64,000 bases of DNA from a virus (IMGVR_UViG_3300028833_000067:32001-96000), one strand, 5' to 3'. Positions 47,315-57,219 are shown, numbered from the stretch's first letter. Numbers and translations: made by a program. The notes: generated by a model from the letters alone, not told the origin.

Positions 47315-47523
47315 AAATGAACGAAAGTACTAAGTTGATTGTAATTGTTTTCATTATTGTATTTATGATTTTCTTTCCTCCATTTCTGGTAATGATTGCT
47401 TGGAATGGTTTTGCTAATGGCTTTAATCTCCCCACCTTCTCTTATTGGCAGTGGTTTATTACACTTCTTGCCATTCGACTTGTCATAGGGCGAGTTAATT
47501 TCAAGAGGATTAGCGAAAGCTAA
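47311..47523 (+). CDS. Small membrane protein, 70 aa
   Basis: Two hydrophobic segments. Confidence 0.7.
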   Translation: MKMNESTKLIVIVFIIVFMIFFPPFLVMIAWNGFANGFNLPTFSYWQWFITLLAIRLVIGRVNFKRISES

Positions 47524-47647
47524 TCCCCTTGGAATAGATTTAGATGTATAACATCCAAATTAAATAATTGACTTTTTCCAAATTTTGAGTATAATAATAA
47601 TTGTTCCGAGGGACAAGGTGAGGAACCCAACAGAAGGAAATGCTACT

Positions 47648-47719
47648 ATGAAGGCGCCAATTATAGATAGCAGGAAAATGTGGCTCGCAAACATCCGTAA
47701 CCTCGTAACAAAAAAATAA
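47648..47719 (+). CDS. Possible 23-aa peptide MKAPIIDSRKMWLANIRNLVTKK
   Basis: Only ORF in this cassette; AGAAGGA RBS. Confidence 0.35.
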   Translation: MKAPIIDSRKMWLANIRNLVTKK

Positions 47720-47838
47720 CAGATTTAATGCTTGACAAAAAGCAAAAAATCTGATATAATAAAGATGTTCCAAGAGGAAACAAAAATTTGTGCAGGGTGG
47801 TCTGCCGAAACTAAACCACTGAGAAAAAAGGAGTAATT

Positions 47839-48327
47839 ATGACTAACGTAGAAATCCTCAACACTATTCTGTCTATCCCCGGTGCTAACATGGCTCGTGC
47901 CAACAAGACCAACTTTATTGTTATCCCTACTGATGAAGGCTTCGTGAAGGTTGCCGTTTCCAACGCTCTTGCGAAGGATACCAAGGCCCACAAGGCTTTT
48001 AATGCCGAAGCCGCTATTGCCGAGTATAAGGCTTATGAAGCCGAAGTTGCTCTGCGTGAAGCCGAGAAGGCCACCAAGCCCGTCAAGGTTCGTGGCGTGA
48101 ATCCCGAAGCGCAGGCTCGGCGTGATGAGCTTGACGCTAAGATCGCCGCTCTTCCTTCCTTCACCGAGTACACCGCTACCGATATTCTGAAGGCCCTGTC
48201 TGGTCAGGTTGCCGAGAATGTCACCGTGATGGCGGTTGGCCAGAGCGCGAAGCGCCTTGTCGAGAATGGCGTCCTTACGGTTGGTAATCGTGAAGGCGAC
48301 AAGAAGTCCTATTACACCAAGGCTTAA
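47839..48327 (+). CDS. Protein with C-terminal winged-helix-like domain, 162 aa
   Basis: TATDIL...VGQSAKRLVENGVL...KKSYY; strong RBS. Confidence 0.65.
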   Translation: MTNVEILNTILSIPGANMARANKTNFIVIPTDEGFVKVAVSNALAKDTKAHKAFNAEAAIAEYKAYEAEVALREAEKATKPVKVRGVNPEAQARRDELDAKIAALPSFTEYTATDILKALSGQVAENVTVMAVGQSAKRLVENGVLTVGNREGDKKSYYTKA

Positions 48328-48483
48328 TATGGTGTAATCTCCGTACACTCCCCTTCTGATAGAAGGGGAGCTATTTTATTTTCAATTATTTAGATGTTAT
48401 ACATCCAATTTTATTTCTTGACTTTTCCCTTAACTTCTGTTATACTAAACATGCTCAAGAGAGAGCAGAAGGAGTGAAGAAAA

Positions 48484-48939
48484 ATGATGAAGAGAACAAT
48501 CTGGTTCGACATGGATGGGACTATTGCCGACCTGTATAACGTAGAAAATTGGCTTCCGAAACTGCGTTCCTATGACCCTTCCCCTTATACCGAAGCAAAA
48601 GTCATGTGGAATATGAGCCTGCTTGCCCGGTATCTGAATAAGCTCCAGAAGCTCGGATATTGGATTGGAATTATTAGCTGGGCTTCTAAGGATTCCACGA
48701 AAGAATATGACAGAGCTGTAGCTGACGCAAAGCGCCGTTGGTTAGCTGAACATCTTTCCTCTGTAGAGTTTGACTTCACGCTGATAACAGCCTATGGAGT
48801 ACCGAAGGAATTGTGGATGAATACAACTGATGATATTCTGTTCGATGACAACGAAGAAATTCGTAACGAATGGGATGGCGAAGCGTATGAGCCGACAGAA
48901 ATCTTCTCCGTTCTTTCCTCTCTCATCAAAGGGGAGTAA
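48484..48939 (+). CDS. HAD-family phosphatase/5'-nucleotidase
   Basis: FDMDGTIAD motif I and ILFDDN motif. Confidence 0.8.
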   Translation: MMKRTIWFDMDGTIADLYNVENWLPKLRSYDPSPYTEAKVMWNMSLLARYLNKLQKLGYWIGIISWASKDSTKEYDRAVADAKRRWLAEHLSSVEFDFTLITAYGVPKELWMNTTDDILFDDNEEIRNEWDGEAYEPTEIFSVLSSLIKGE

Positions 48940-49016
48940 TCCCCTTTTAATGTTTTAGATGTATAACATCTAAATCTAATACTTGATTTTTATTAAAATT
49001 ATGTTATAATATAATT

Positions 49017-49247
49017 GTTCTAAGGGATGAGGACTTCCAAGACCACACATCACGGACTTCCTACATCGCCGTTAGACTGGGTGGTTTGAGGCAGTACTTC
49101 CGCCGAGCGAATAAAAAAAGGGGATTGCTGACGCTTTGCTGCGATGGGCTAGCATGTTCTAAATAGGTAGAACTAAACTCGGAGCCATCATAAGGGGAGT
49201 GTGTGTTGCCCTTATGGAAATTAGGCATGATTAGAGTGCCTAATTTC
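49017..49247 (+). ncRNA. Candidate ncRNA, about 230 nt
   Basis: Palindrome, promoter and terminator with no credible ORF; several stems. Confidence 0.5.
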
Positions 49248-49374
49248 ATTTTGTTGACTTAGATGTATAACATCCAATTATAGACCTTGCAATTTTCCTA
49301 ATATATGGTATACTATCATTGTTCCGAGGGAAGACGGAACAAAAGAAATAAAAAAAGAGAGAGGAATTAAAACG

Positions 49375-50358
49375 ATGAAAGTATCTGAAACGATGACCAT
49401 TACCAAGCGGAGTGTTGACGGTGCGTTCTATGGTGAGCGCAATAATGTCCCCTATGTAATTGAGCGTTCTCACGCTGATTATAATGCCTATGATGGCTTC
49501 TATAATGTTATGAGGGCTACGGCTTTCGGCGACCGTCCTCAGCTTTTTAAAGAAATTCTGTCGACCAATCGTTATCCCACGATTTTTGGTCATTCTGAAC
49601 CCACTACGACTGCCCCTGTAGTTCAGCGTGACCCCAAGGATATTCTGATTGACGGAATCAAGCATCTGATGTCCTTCTTCAGCGAATTCTCCTTCACTCC
49701 TTCTTTCCGGTTCACCAATACCTTTGCATATATGGCGTGCAAGGGCACGGAACAGGCAACCGAGTATGTGACGAATTACTTCGCCTTGATGGATTCTTCC
49801 TATGTAAAGGAAGTTCAGCAGAAGGTCAAGAGTTCTGAATTTAAACAGATTATCAAAGATATTGCTCAGTATGGTGAACCTACTTCCCATATCAATACCC
49901 GGTTTAAGGTTTACTTTGGGCCTGCCGGAACAGGCAAGACCACGATTGCGCAGGAAGAAAGCGACAATCGGTGCATTGTGTGTAACTCTTCTATGTTGCC
50001 GTCTGACCTGATGGAAGATTTTATCTTCAAAGATGGCAACCCCGATTTTAACCCTTCCCTTCTGTGGGATTGTATGGAACAGGGCAAAACCATTGTTCTT
50101 GATGAAATCAATCTTCTTCCCTTTGATTCCCTGCGTTTCCTTCAGGGCATTGTGGATGGCAAGAGCGAGTTCTATTACAAGAACCGTCCGGTTCATATCC
50201 ATGAAGGATTCCAGATTATCGGAACAATGAACCTCTCTCTTGGCGGTATGGTCTACGGATTGCCCGAGCCGTTGGTCGACCGTTGCTCTGAAACCAAAGA
50301 ATTTGCGCTTACTGCTGAGCAGTTGACAAAAGCAATTATCGGGTGGGATGCGGAGTAA
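49375..50358 (+). CDS. MoxR/CbbQ-like AAA+ ATPase, 327 aa
   Basis: GPAGTGKT, LDEIN, GTMN, PLVDR. Confidence 0.85.
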   Translation: MKVSETMTITKRSVDGAFYGERNNVPYVIERSHADYNAYDGFYNVMRATAFGDRPQLFKEILSTNRYPTIFGHSEPTTTAPVVQRDPKDILIDGIKHLMSFFSEFSFTPSFRFTNTFAYMACKGTEQATEYVTNYFALMDSSYVKEVQQKVKSSEFKQIIKDIAQYGEPTSHINTRFKVYFGPAGTGKTTIAQEESDNRCIVCNSSMLPSDLMEDFIFKDGNPDFNPSLLWDCMEQGKTIVLDEINLLPFDSLRFLQGIVDGKSEFYYKNRPVHIHEGFQIIGTMNLSLGGMVYGLPEPLVDRCSETKEFALTAEQLTKAIIGWDAE

Positions 50359-50483
50359 TCCGTATCCCAATTTCTTTTTAGACTATTTGGATGTATTACA
50401 TCCATATTTAAAATTTGACTTTTTATATAACTTCTGATATACTTGTATTGTTCCAAGAGAGGAACGGAAAGAGAGGAACTGAA

Positions 50484-52058
50484 ATGGAACTGACCTTTGC
50501 AAGGTGTGAATCAATCGTTAATACTCTTCCTATCGGATTCTATACTGGAAGAAGGATTGGCATTACTCTTGATAAGGAAGCAGAAACTTCCTTCTATGAC
50601 CCAATGGAAGATAAGATTGTTGTTTCTTATCCCATTATTGCCATGCGGATGAAGCAGACTCCTGAAGGAACTTGCGATGAGGAAGAAGCAGTTCGGTCAA
50701 TGCTTTACCATGAAGTTTCTCATGCTATCCTTACTCCTGCAAGTGAAATGCGGAATACCTTTCAGTTAAACTGCATGGAAGATGAACGAATTGAAACGGT
50801 TCTTCGGCATTACTATCATGGTGTAAATTTCCGCAAACAGTTGCTTGATATCCATGGCGGTCACATTCCGCAGGCAAAAGATGCGCAGAGTGCGTTCTTT
50901 AATGCGGTTCGATTTGGTCTGGGTACGGGGAAAGTACAGAAAGAAGTTAATCGAATTATCAATAAATATGCTAAAATGAATCGTAGTACTTCCCGTTGGG
51001 AAAATCATAAAGATTGCTATGGTGCAGGATACTATGAAGACGAAGTTAATGAATTGTATAACTTAGTCCGTAAAGAGTTTAAAGCACATCCCGAAGAGTT
51101 TCAGCCGCAGGGTAGTTCGGGTAAAGATAATCCTCAAGAAATGGATAAAATGGGTGAATCTAATCCCAATGGTAAAGGTAAAAGTAAAGCCGAAAAAGAA
51201 GCCCATGGTAATGGTGAAGAAAAAGCCGACAAATGTGAAACTGAAAATGGTGAAGATGGAGATAATGAACCCGAGGAATCTGAATCCTATAAGGGCGAAG
51301 CACATGAATGTGAACTTTCACCAGATGAAGTAAAGAAAATGGTTGGTGCTTCTCTGGGCGGTCATCCCGATTTGGATGAAGCACAAGTTACCAAACTTGC
51401 CGAGTTCCAAAAGACAGTTGAGATGATTATTGGCAATTTTAACAAAAAGAATAAGGGCGGTAGTGGAATTAACGCTTATTCTGGTGTATTCAATCCTCGT
51501 GCCGTTGCCCGTAAAGATTATCGGTTCTTTGAACGAGCCATGACCACGCAGGGTAATAACAAGTTTGGTACTTGCCATCTGAATCTGATTATTGATTGTT
51601 CCGGTTCATTCCAAGAAAATGTTCCTCTGACTAATGGTATCCTTGCCGTTCTGTCTGAGATTGAACGCAAGAATCGGAACTTCTCCATGGATGTTGCTTT
51701 TATCAATCATAACTTTCATTTATGCGAATCCGTCCGTGAGCGTAAAATGGTTGCCAACGGTGGGAATGATATTCCCGATGATATGAAAGAAATCCTTATG
51801 AAATTGCAGAAACCGCAAACTTGCAACTATAATATTGTCTTGTTCGATGGCGATGCAATTTGTAATCGGTGGGGCAATTATGATGGTAACAAACTGTTTG
51901 GGGTATTTGATATGAAGCAAACAACACTTATCACCGACCCTGACAATGAACAGTACATGAATCCGCCTTTCACTTCCGCCAAGGTGGTGGTCACTCAAAA
52001 CTATACCGAAGAATTGATTGACCATATCATTCATGCACTGACTATCGCCTTCGGTTAA
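50484..52058 (+). CDS. HExxH metallopeptidase-like plus VWA (MIDAS) protein, 524 aa
   Basis: LYHEVSH, MEDERIE, IDCSGS, LFDGD; adjacent to the AAA+ gene. Confidence 0.8.
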   Translation: MELTFARCESIVNTLPIGFYTGRRIGITLDKEAETSFYDPMEDKIVVSYPIIAMRMKQTPEGTCDEEEAVRSMLYHEVSHAILTPASEMRNTFQLNCMEDERIETVLRHYYHGVNFRKQLLDIHGGHIPQAKDAQSAFFNAVRFGLGTGKVQKEVNRIINKYAKMNRSTSRWENHKDCYGAGYYEDEVNELYNLVRKEFKAHPEEFQPQGSSGKDNPQEMDKMGESNPNGKGKSKAEKEAHGNGEEKADKCETENGEDGDNEPEESESYKGEAHECELSPDEVKKMVGASLGGHPDLDEAQVTKLAEFQKTVEMIIGNFNKKNKGGSGINAYSGVFNPRAVARKDYRFFERAMTTQGNNKFGTCHLNLIIDCSGSFQENVPLTNGILAVLSEIERKNRNFSMDVAFINHNFHLCESVRERKMVANGGNDIPDDMKEILMKLQKPQTCNYNIVLFDGDAICNRWGNYDGNKLFGVFDMKQTTLITDPDNEQYMNPPFTSAKVVVTQNYTEELIDHIIHALTIAFG

Positions 52059-52210
52059 TATAAGGGGAGTTAGACTCCCCTAATTTTATTTTTATATATT
52101 TAGATGTATGACATCCAAAATAATCGTTGACAAATCCTATAATTGATGATATACTATCTACGAAATAAGGGAAGGAAAACCCAAGACAAACCAAAAGGAG
52201 TTTTTGTTGA

Positions 52211-52969
52211 ATGTCTGATTACGCCCTGATTCTGGATACTGAAACCACAAGCCTTGACAAGCCTTTCTGCTATGATTGTTCATGGGTTATCATGCAGAAA
52301 GCTGATGGGAAACTGATTGATTTTAAAGCGAATGTGGTTGAACAGGTTTGGCATAATCTGCCCCTGTTTGAATCCGCGTACTATAAGGAAAAGCGGCAAA
52401 AGTACGTTCAGATGATGCGAAAGCATGATGCCACAATGGATAAATGGGGTTACATCATGCGTAAGCTGAAACAGGATATTATCAAGTACGGAATCGAAGA
52501 AGTGTATGCCTATAATTCCGATTTTGATGATAAAGTGATTGCCTATAATTGTGATTGGTTCAAGTGCAATAACCCCCTTGAGAATGTCGCTGTCTATGAT
52601 ATTTGGGGATATGCAAGCGAATTTATCACGGGTGATTCTGATTATCGTGCTTTTTGCGAAACCTACGAACGCTTTACCGATACTGGAAATTACAAGGGGA
52701 GCGCCGAAGTGGTTCATCAGTTTCTGCTGGATGACCCGGAGTTTATCGAAGAACACATGGGCTTGTTTGATTCTGAAATTGAAGCAAGTATTCTGTTTGA
52801 ATGTGTGAATCGTGGCGCTGAATGGGGCAAGAATTACAAGGTAAATAAAGTGTTGGCTCGTCCGATTCTTCACCCCTTCACCATTAAGATTGACGGAGTT
52901 GAAGTTTATAGTGGTGAATACGTGAAGAAGTTTGTGCGGTCGGATGTGTACAATTTCAAGAGCAAGTAA
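52211..52969 (+). CDS. DEDDh 3'-5' exonuclease
   Basis: LDTETT, AYNSDFD, HMGLFD. Confidence 0.85.
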   Translation: MSDYALILDTETTSLDKPFCYDCSWVIMQKADGKLIDFKANVVEQVWHNLPLFESAYYKEKRQKYVQMMRKHDATMDKWGYIMRKLKQDIIKYGIEEVYAYNSDFDDKVIAYNCDWFKCNNPLENVAVYDIWGYASEFITGDSDYRAFCETYERFTDTGNYKGSAEVVHQFLLDDPEFIEEHMGLFDSEIEASILFECVNRGAEWGKNYKVNKVLARPILHPFTIKIDGVEVYSGEYVKKFVRSDVYNFKSK

Positions 52970-53072
52970 AAAGGTGGGACAGAAATGTCCCACCTTTCCC
53001 CATCTGATATTTGGATGTTAGACATCCAAATCAAATAATTGACTTTTACTGAAATTCTGTTATAATATAATT

Positions 53073-53203
53073 GTTCCAAGGGACAAGAGATTCCCCCCTC
53101 TGAGGCAGGAAGCCGAGTACGTAAACTGCAGTAAGTCGTACAAAAGAGCGAATCTCAGGGTTGATGTCCTCTCGCCCATTAAGCGAAACATTAACCTTGG
53201 AAA
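53073..53203 (+). ncRNA. Candidate ncRNA, about 130 nt
   Basis: ORF-less cassette; TTCCAAGG/CCTTGGAA and GAGATTC/GAATCTC pairings. Confidence 0.45.
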
Positions 53204-53302
53204 ATTTCAAAAAACCTCTTGACAAACCCAAGAATCCATGATATAATAACTACGAAAGATGAAGAGAAGGAAAACTCTTACAAAACCAGAAAGGATACCG
53301 CT

Positions 53303-53623
53303 ATGAAGAAAGCGTCTATGGAAACCCTCATCAACTACATCGACAACCACAATCTGACCGACCTGTTCCCCATCAAGGATGAACTGACCGCCGAACTGTC
53401 CAAGGGTAAGGCCAAGGCCGATGCGAATCGGGCTTTGTATGATGAGTACCATGACAAGGTTGTCGACGCTCTGAGCAAGGCTTCCGCTCCCGTGACTGCA
53501 CAGGAGATTGCGGATGAAACCGGAATTGCTCGTGGCAAGATTGTATATGGTCTGACCAACTACTGGAAGTCCGAAGTGGTTCGGGATGATTCCGGTAAGA
53601 CCGCCACTTACACTCTTGCGTAA
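53303..53623 (+). CDS. Winged-HTH protein (family B), 106 aa
   Basis: PVTAQEIADETGIARGKIVYGL; paralogue of 56893-57219. Confidence 0.75.
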   Translation: MKKASMETLINYIDNHNLTDLFPIKDELTAELSKGKAKADANRALYDEYHDKVVDALSKASAPVTAQEIADETGIARGKIVYGLTNYWKSEVVRDDSGKTATYTLA

Positions 53624-53786
53624 TCCCCTTCCCACCGCCCTACAGGGCGGTTTTCTTTTAGGCATACTTAGATGTAAGACATCTAAAATTGTATCCAAAA
53701 TACATAGTTGACAAAAGTCAAAATTTATGATATAATTTTTTCAGAAACAGGAGAAGGATACTCCATAAACCAGAAAGGATATGCGT

Positions 53787-54128
53787 ATGGCAAGTAAGGC
53801 AAGTTTGGAAAATGCGCTTCGTGCAGAGATTCTGGAAGTTATTACTAATGCCCTGTCTGAACACTTTGATGTCGATATTATTACTGTCGGAAGTGGCGAA
53901 ATTTCTCTTCCTCTGACCGATGCGGAAGGGAACGAAAAGTATCCCAAGATTAAGGTTTCTATTCCTCGTGGTACTCGCAATGGTGAAGGCGGTTATATTC
54001 CCTATGATGGATATAACGCCGCCGAAGAGTACAAACTTGAACAGGAAAGCAAAGTGCAGGAACGCGCCGTTCGGAAAGCCATGAAGGAAGCCGAGAAGGG
54101 AAAGAAAAAGAATGATTCCGAAGAGTAA
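53787..54128 (+). CDS. Hypothetical (family C), 113 aa
   Basis: Cassette context. Confidence 0.75.
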   Translation: MASKASLENALRAEILEVITNALSEHFDVDIITVGSGEISLPLTDAEGNEKYPKIKVSIPRGTRNGEGGYIPYDGYNAAEEYKLEQESKVQERAVRKAMKEAEKGKKKNDSEE

Positions 54129-54324
54129 GGTTTGGTATAAGAAAGGACAGGCAAGAGCGTGCTCGGCACTCTCTTGCTATGCCCTAAAACTTGAACTTCA
54201 TGATGGAACTATTGTTGATGGCTATTACTATTGTAGACAATTCTATTCCGGCTATGAAAAAATAACTAATGAAGTAAATCGGTGGATGATTCCACAAGAA
54301 GGAGAAAGCGTTAGACTTAACTAA
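54112..54324 (+). CDS. Hypothetical, 70 aa
   Basis: Overlaps the previous gene. Confidence 0.55.
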   Translation: MIPKSKVWYKKGQARACSALSCYALKLELHDGTIVDGYYYCRQFYSGYEKITNEVNRWMIPQEGESVRLN

Positions 54325-54461
54325 CGCTTGAATAACTTGGATGTTATACATCTAAAACTTTCTCTTGCTTTTTTCATAAAAAGTGATATAATATAATTGT
54401 TCCAAGGGAACGGAAGAAAAACGAGAAGGACACTCGATAAAACCAGAAAGGAAATACTGGT

Positions 54462-54878
54462 ATGAAGATGAATCTGGACATGAGCTTTGAAGAAGGTCTG
54501 AATGTTATGGAAGCCCTGCGTAAGTGCGCCATTAAAAATGGTTGGGATGAAGATGAATTAGATGAGTGCGGAGTTCTTGAAGAATATGCTTCCGCCGTGG
54601 ATGCCGCTCTCGCTGCTATGGGTATCGCCGCTTGTATCGACCTTGACAGCGAATCCGAACTCAAAGTCGAAGATGAAGACTTCGATGATGAAGATTGGGA
54701 TGAAGACGAAGAAGATGACTACTTCGATTCGGATGATGAAGATGTAGAAGAAGATGACTGTCCGTATACTCTGACTCCCAAGGGTGAGTTTATTGTACAT
54801 GCTCTTGAAGCGGGCGTTTCTTTTGAAAATGCTTGTGAACTTGCAGATATTTTGTTCGATGATAACGAAGGCGAGTAA
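54462..54878 (+). CDS. Extremely acidic protein, 138 aa
   Basis: EDEDFDDEDWDEDEEDDYFDSDDEDVEEDD tract. Confidence 0.8.
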   Translation: MKMNLDMSFEEGLNVMEALRKCAIKNGWDEDELDECGVLEEYASAVDAALAAMGIAACIDLDSESELKVEDEDFDDEDWDEDEEDDYFDSDDEDVEEDDCPYTLTPKGEFIVHALEAGVSFENACELADILFDDNEGE

Positions 54879-54982
54879 TCGCCTTCTGCTCATTTAGATG
54901 TCTAACATCTAAAATATCTCCTTGACTTTTCTTTTAGATATGATATAATGTGTATGAACCAAGAGAGAAAGGATGATGAAGA

Positions 54983-55333
54983 ATGGCGAAGGTTACGAAG
55001 AATATTGTGGATAAGGATTTGCGTGAAAAGGTCTTTGAAGATTTGATGGACTTTACTTCTGGTGGTTCTGATTATGATTATACGAAAATCAATGACCGTC
55101 AGTATGGCGTTCTCATCACTGATTTGAATGGCGTTCAGCGCTATTGCCGTATTGGCGTTATCGTTGCCGAAGAACGTGAAGACATGACTGCCGAAGAATT
55201 GATGCAGTCCGAGATTGCCGCTTACAATGCTAAGCAGGCAGAGAAGGAAACCAAGGCTCAGGCTCGCGCCGAAAAGGCGAAAAAGGACAAGGAGCGTCGG
55301 GCGAAGGAAAAGGAGGAAAAGGAAAATGAGTAA
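54983..55333 (+). CDS. Hypothetical (family C), 116 aa
   Basis: Cassette context. Confidence 0.75.
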   Translation: MAKVTKNIVDKDLREKVFEDLMDFTSGGSDYDYTKINDRQYGVLITDLNGVQRYCRIGVIVAEEREDMTAEELMQSEIAAYNAKQAEKETKAQARAEKAKKDKERRAKEKEEKENE

Positions 55334-55517
55334 ATTGAAAATGTATCGGGAAGCCCTTGTGGAAGTTAATGACAATGGTGAAAGATATATTAGTCATATC
55401 CCGTGGTCAGACTTTATCACTGAACGTATTTTGAATTTGTTTGGGAAAATTGACTACCAGCGGCCTTTCTCCATTCGCCTTTTGATGCCATGGGAATGGG
55501 AAATTAGTAAAAGCTAA
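55326..55517 (+). CDS. Hypothetical, 63 aa
   Basis: RBS within the previous gene. Confidence 0.6.
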   Translation: MSKLKMYREALVEVNDNGERYISHIPWSDFITERILNLFGKIDYQRPFSIRLLMPWEWEISKS

Positions 55518-55576
55518 AACGAAAAAGATTGCTAAAAATAAAGAAAAGCATGAAAATGAAAGGATGGAAAAAGAAA

Positions 55577-55765
55577 ATGTTTAGTGAAGAAAAGTGCCCT
55601 AACTGCGGTTCTGAAGAATACACGATTGACAACTATTGGGATGATTTCGATGAAGACGGCGGTATTCGGGTGTGGAACTGTACTTGCCCGAAATGCCATC
55701 AGAAGTTTGATATCACCTATGCGTACAAATGTACGGAGATTAGTGTGGAAGTTAGTGAAAGCTAA
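55577..55765 (+). CDS. Zn-ribbon protein, 62 aa
   Basis: CPNC...CPKC. Confidence 0.7.
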   Translation: MFSEEKCPNCGSEEYTIDNYWDDFDEDGGIRVWNCTCPKCHQKFDITYAYKCTEISVEVSES

Positions 55766-55875
55766 CTTCATTTTATTTACTTAGATGTCAAACATCCAAT
55801 TTATTTTCTTGATTTATCCTAATATCTATGATATAATAGCATTGTTCCAAGAGGAACGGAAAGGATGTATAAGAA

Positions 55876-56046
55876 ATGACGATACGAGAGTTAATTAAAG
55901 AATTACAGAAGTATCCGAAAGACACCAAGGTTGCTACCGATGATGGAACTGGCTATGTCGCTTTTGATGTATATTTAGACTATGATAAATCTTTAAAGCA
56001 GATTGGTATTTATGCACATGGACATGACTATGGAGAGGAAGACTGA
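55876..56046 (+). CDS. Hypothetical, 56 aa
   Basis: MTIRELIKELQKYP; cassette context. Confidence 0.7.
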   Translation: MTIRELIKELQKYPKDTKVATDDGTGYVAFDVYLDYDKSLKQIGIYAHGHDYGEED

Positions 56047-56048
56047 AA

Positions 56049-56225
56049 ATGCGCACGCCACAGCGGAGAAAAGAACGAGCCGAAATGGTTAAAGCACTTA
56101 GTGATATTATTACTAACTGCAATAATGACGCCGAATTTTTTATTCGTCTTCTCTGGGCAAATGAATGGATTAGCAATCAACTATTAACATTTGAAAGCGA
56201 GGAACAGGAAAATGCAGACGATTAA
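56049..56225 (+). CDS. Hypothetical, 58 aa
   Basis: GAGG RBS. Confidence 0.55.
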   Translation: MRTPQRRKERAEMVKALSDIITNCNNDAEFFIRLLWANEWISNQLLTFESEEQENADD

Positions 56226-56469
56226 AAACTGGTTTGGCATTAAGACCGCTTACCGCTTTGAATGGAATGATGTTCGTTGTGGAATTACCCTTTTGAATGT
56301 GATTCTGATTATGCTCTTTGGTCTTCAGGTATCATGGTTCGGCCTTGCTATTGCTGTCTTCGGCGTATGTAAAGACCTTTCACAGCATCGGCATATCAAC
56401 GATGTTCTGATGCACTTGTCAAGCGTTGTTCTTAACCTTTACTTCCTTTCCCTCCTATATGGCGATTGA
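56212..56469 (+). CDS. Membrane protein, 85 aa
   Basis: Three hydrophobic segments. Confidence 0.7.
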   Translation: MQTIKNWFGIKTAYRFEWNDVRCGITLLNVILIMLFGLQVSWFGLAIAVFGVCKDLSQHRHINDVLMHLSSVVLNLYFLSLLYGD

Positions 56470-56679
56470 ACCGCCATATCATATTTAGATGTATGACATC
56501 TAAATTAAACAATTGACTTTCTCTAAATTTGTGGTATACTATAATTGTTCCAAGGGGAGAGAGCGGAACGAGCCGAACCGCAAGGTCGCCTTGTTCTCTG
56601 TCGTAAGGGTTTCAAAATAACTAATAAAAAAGTTTGAAAACCCCTTGACAAACAGCAAATCCTGTGCTATAATAAGGAT

Positions 56680-56790
56680 GTTCCAAGAAACAGGGATGGA
56701 CCTCAACGAGGTGAGAACTAATGGATTGCCATGAAAACTCCCGTTGTCCCAAGGAGTGGAAATGGACAGGTTTCCGCAACTTTCCCTGAT
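56680..56790 (+). ncRNA. Candidate small RNA
   Basis: Own TTGACA/TATAAT promoter; CAGGGA/TCCCTG closing stem; no ORF. Confidence 0.4.
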
Positions 56791-56892
56791 AAGAAAAAAG
56801 TTGCGCCAACTACTTGACATTACACCACAAACGTGGTATAATGAATACGAAACAGGGGAAGGAAAACCCCACAAACCAGAAAGGCATTTATT

Positions 56893-57219
56893 ATGAAGAA
56901 AACTACTCTTGAAACCATCCGCACCGCTCTGACTAACCTTGGTTACACCGATGAAACTGTTCTTGCTGAACTGGACACCGAACTGAGCAAGGGCGCCGCT
57001 GAGAAGACTGCTCGCGCCGCCGAGTATGAGTCCATCCATGATCTGATTATGGAAACTCTGTCCGATACCCCTATTACTTGCGGTGAACTGTGGGAGTCCA
57101 TCGAGGGTAGTGTGCCCGAAGGTATCACCAAGGGTAAGGTACAGTACGCTCTGACCCATCTGTGGCAGGATGAGATCGTCAAGATCACCGGCAAGCCTAA
57201 CACTTACCGTAGGGCGTAA
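56893..57219 (+). CDS. Winged-HTH protein (family B), 108 aa
   Basis: Paralogue of 53303-53623. Confidence 0.75.
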   Translation: MKKTTLETIRTALTNLGYTDETVLAELDTELSKGAAEKTARAAEYESIHDLIMETLSDTPITCGELWESIEGSVPEGITKGKVQYALTHLWQDEIVKITGKPNTYRRA

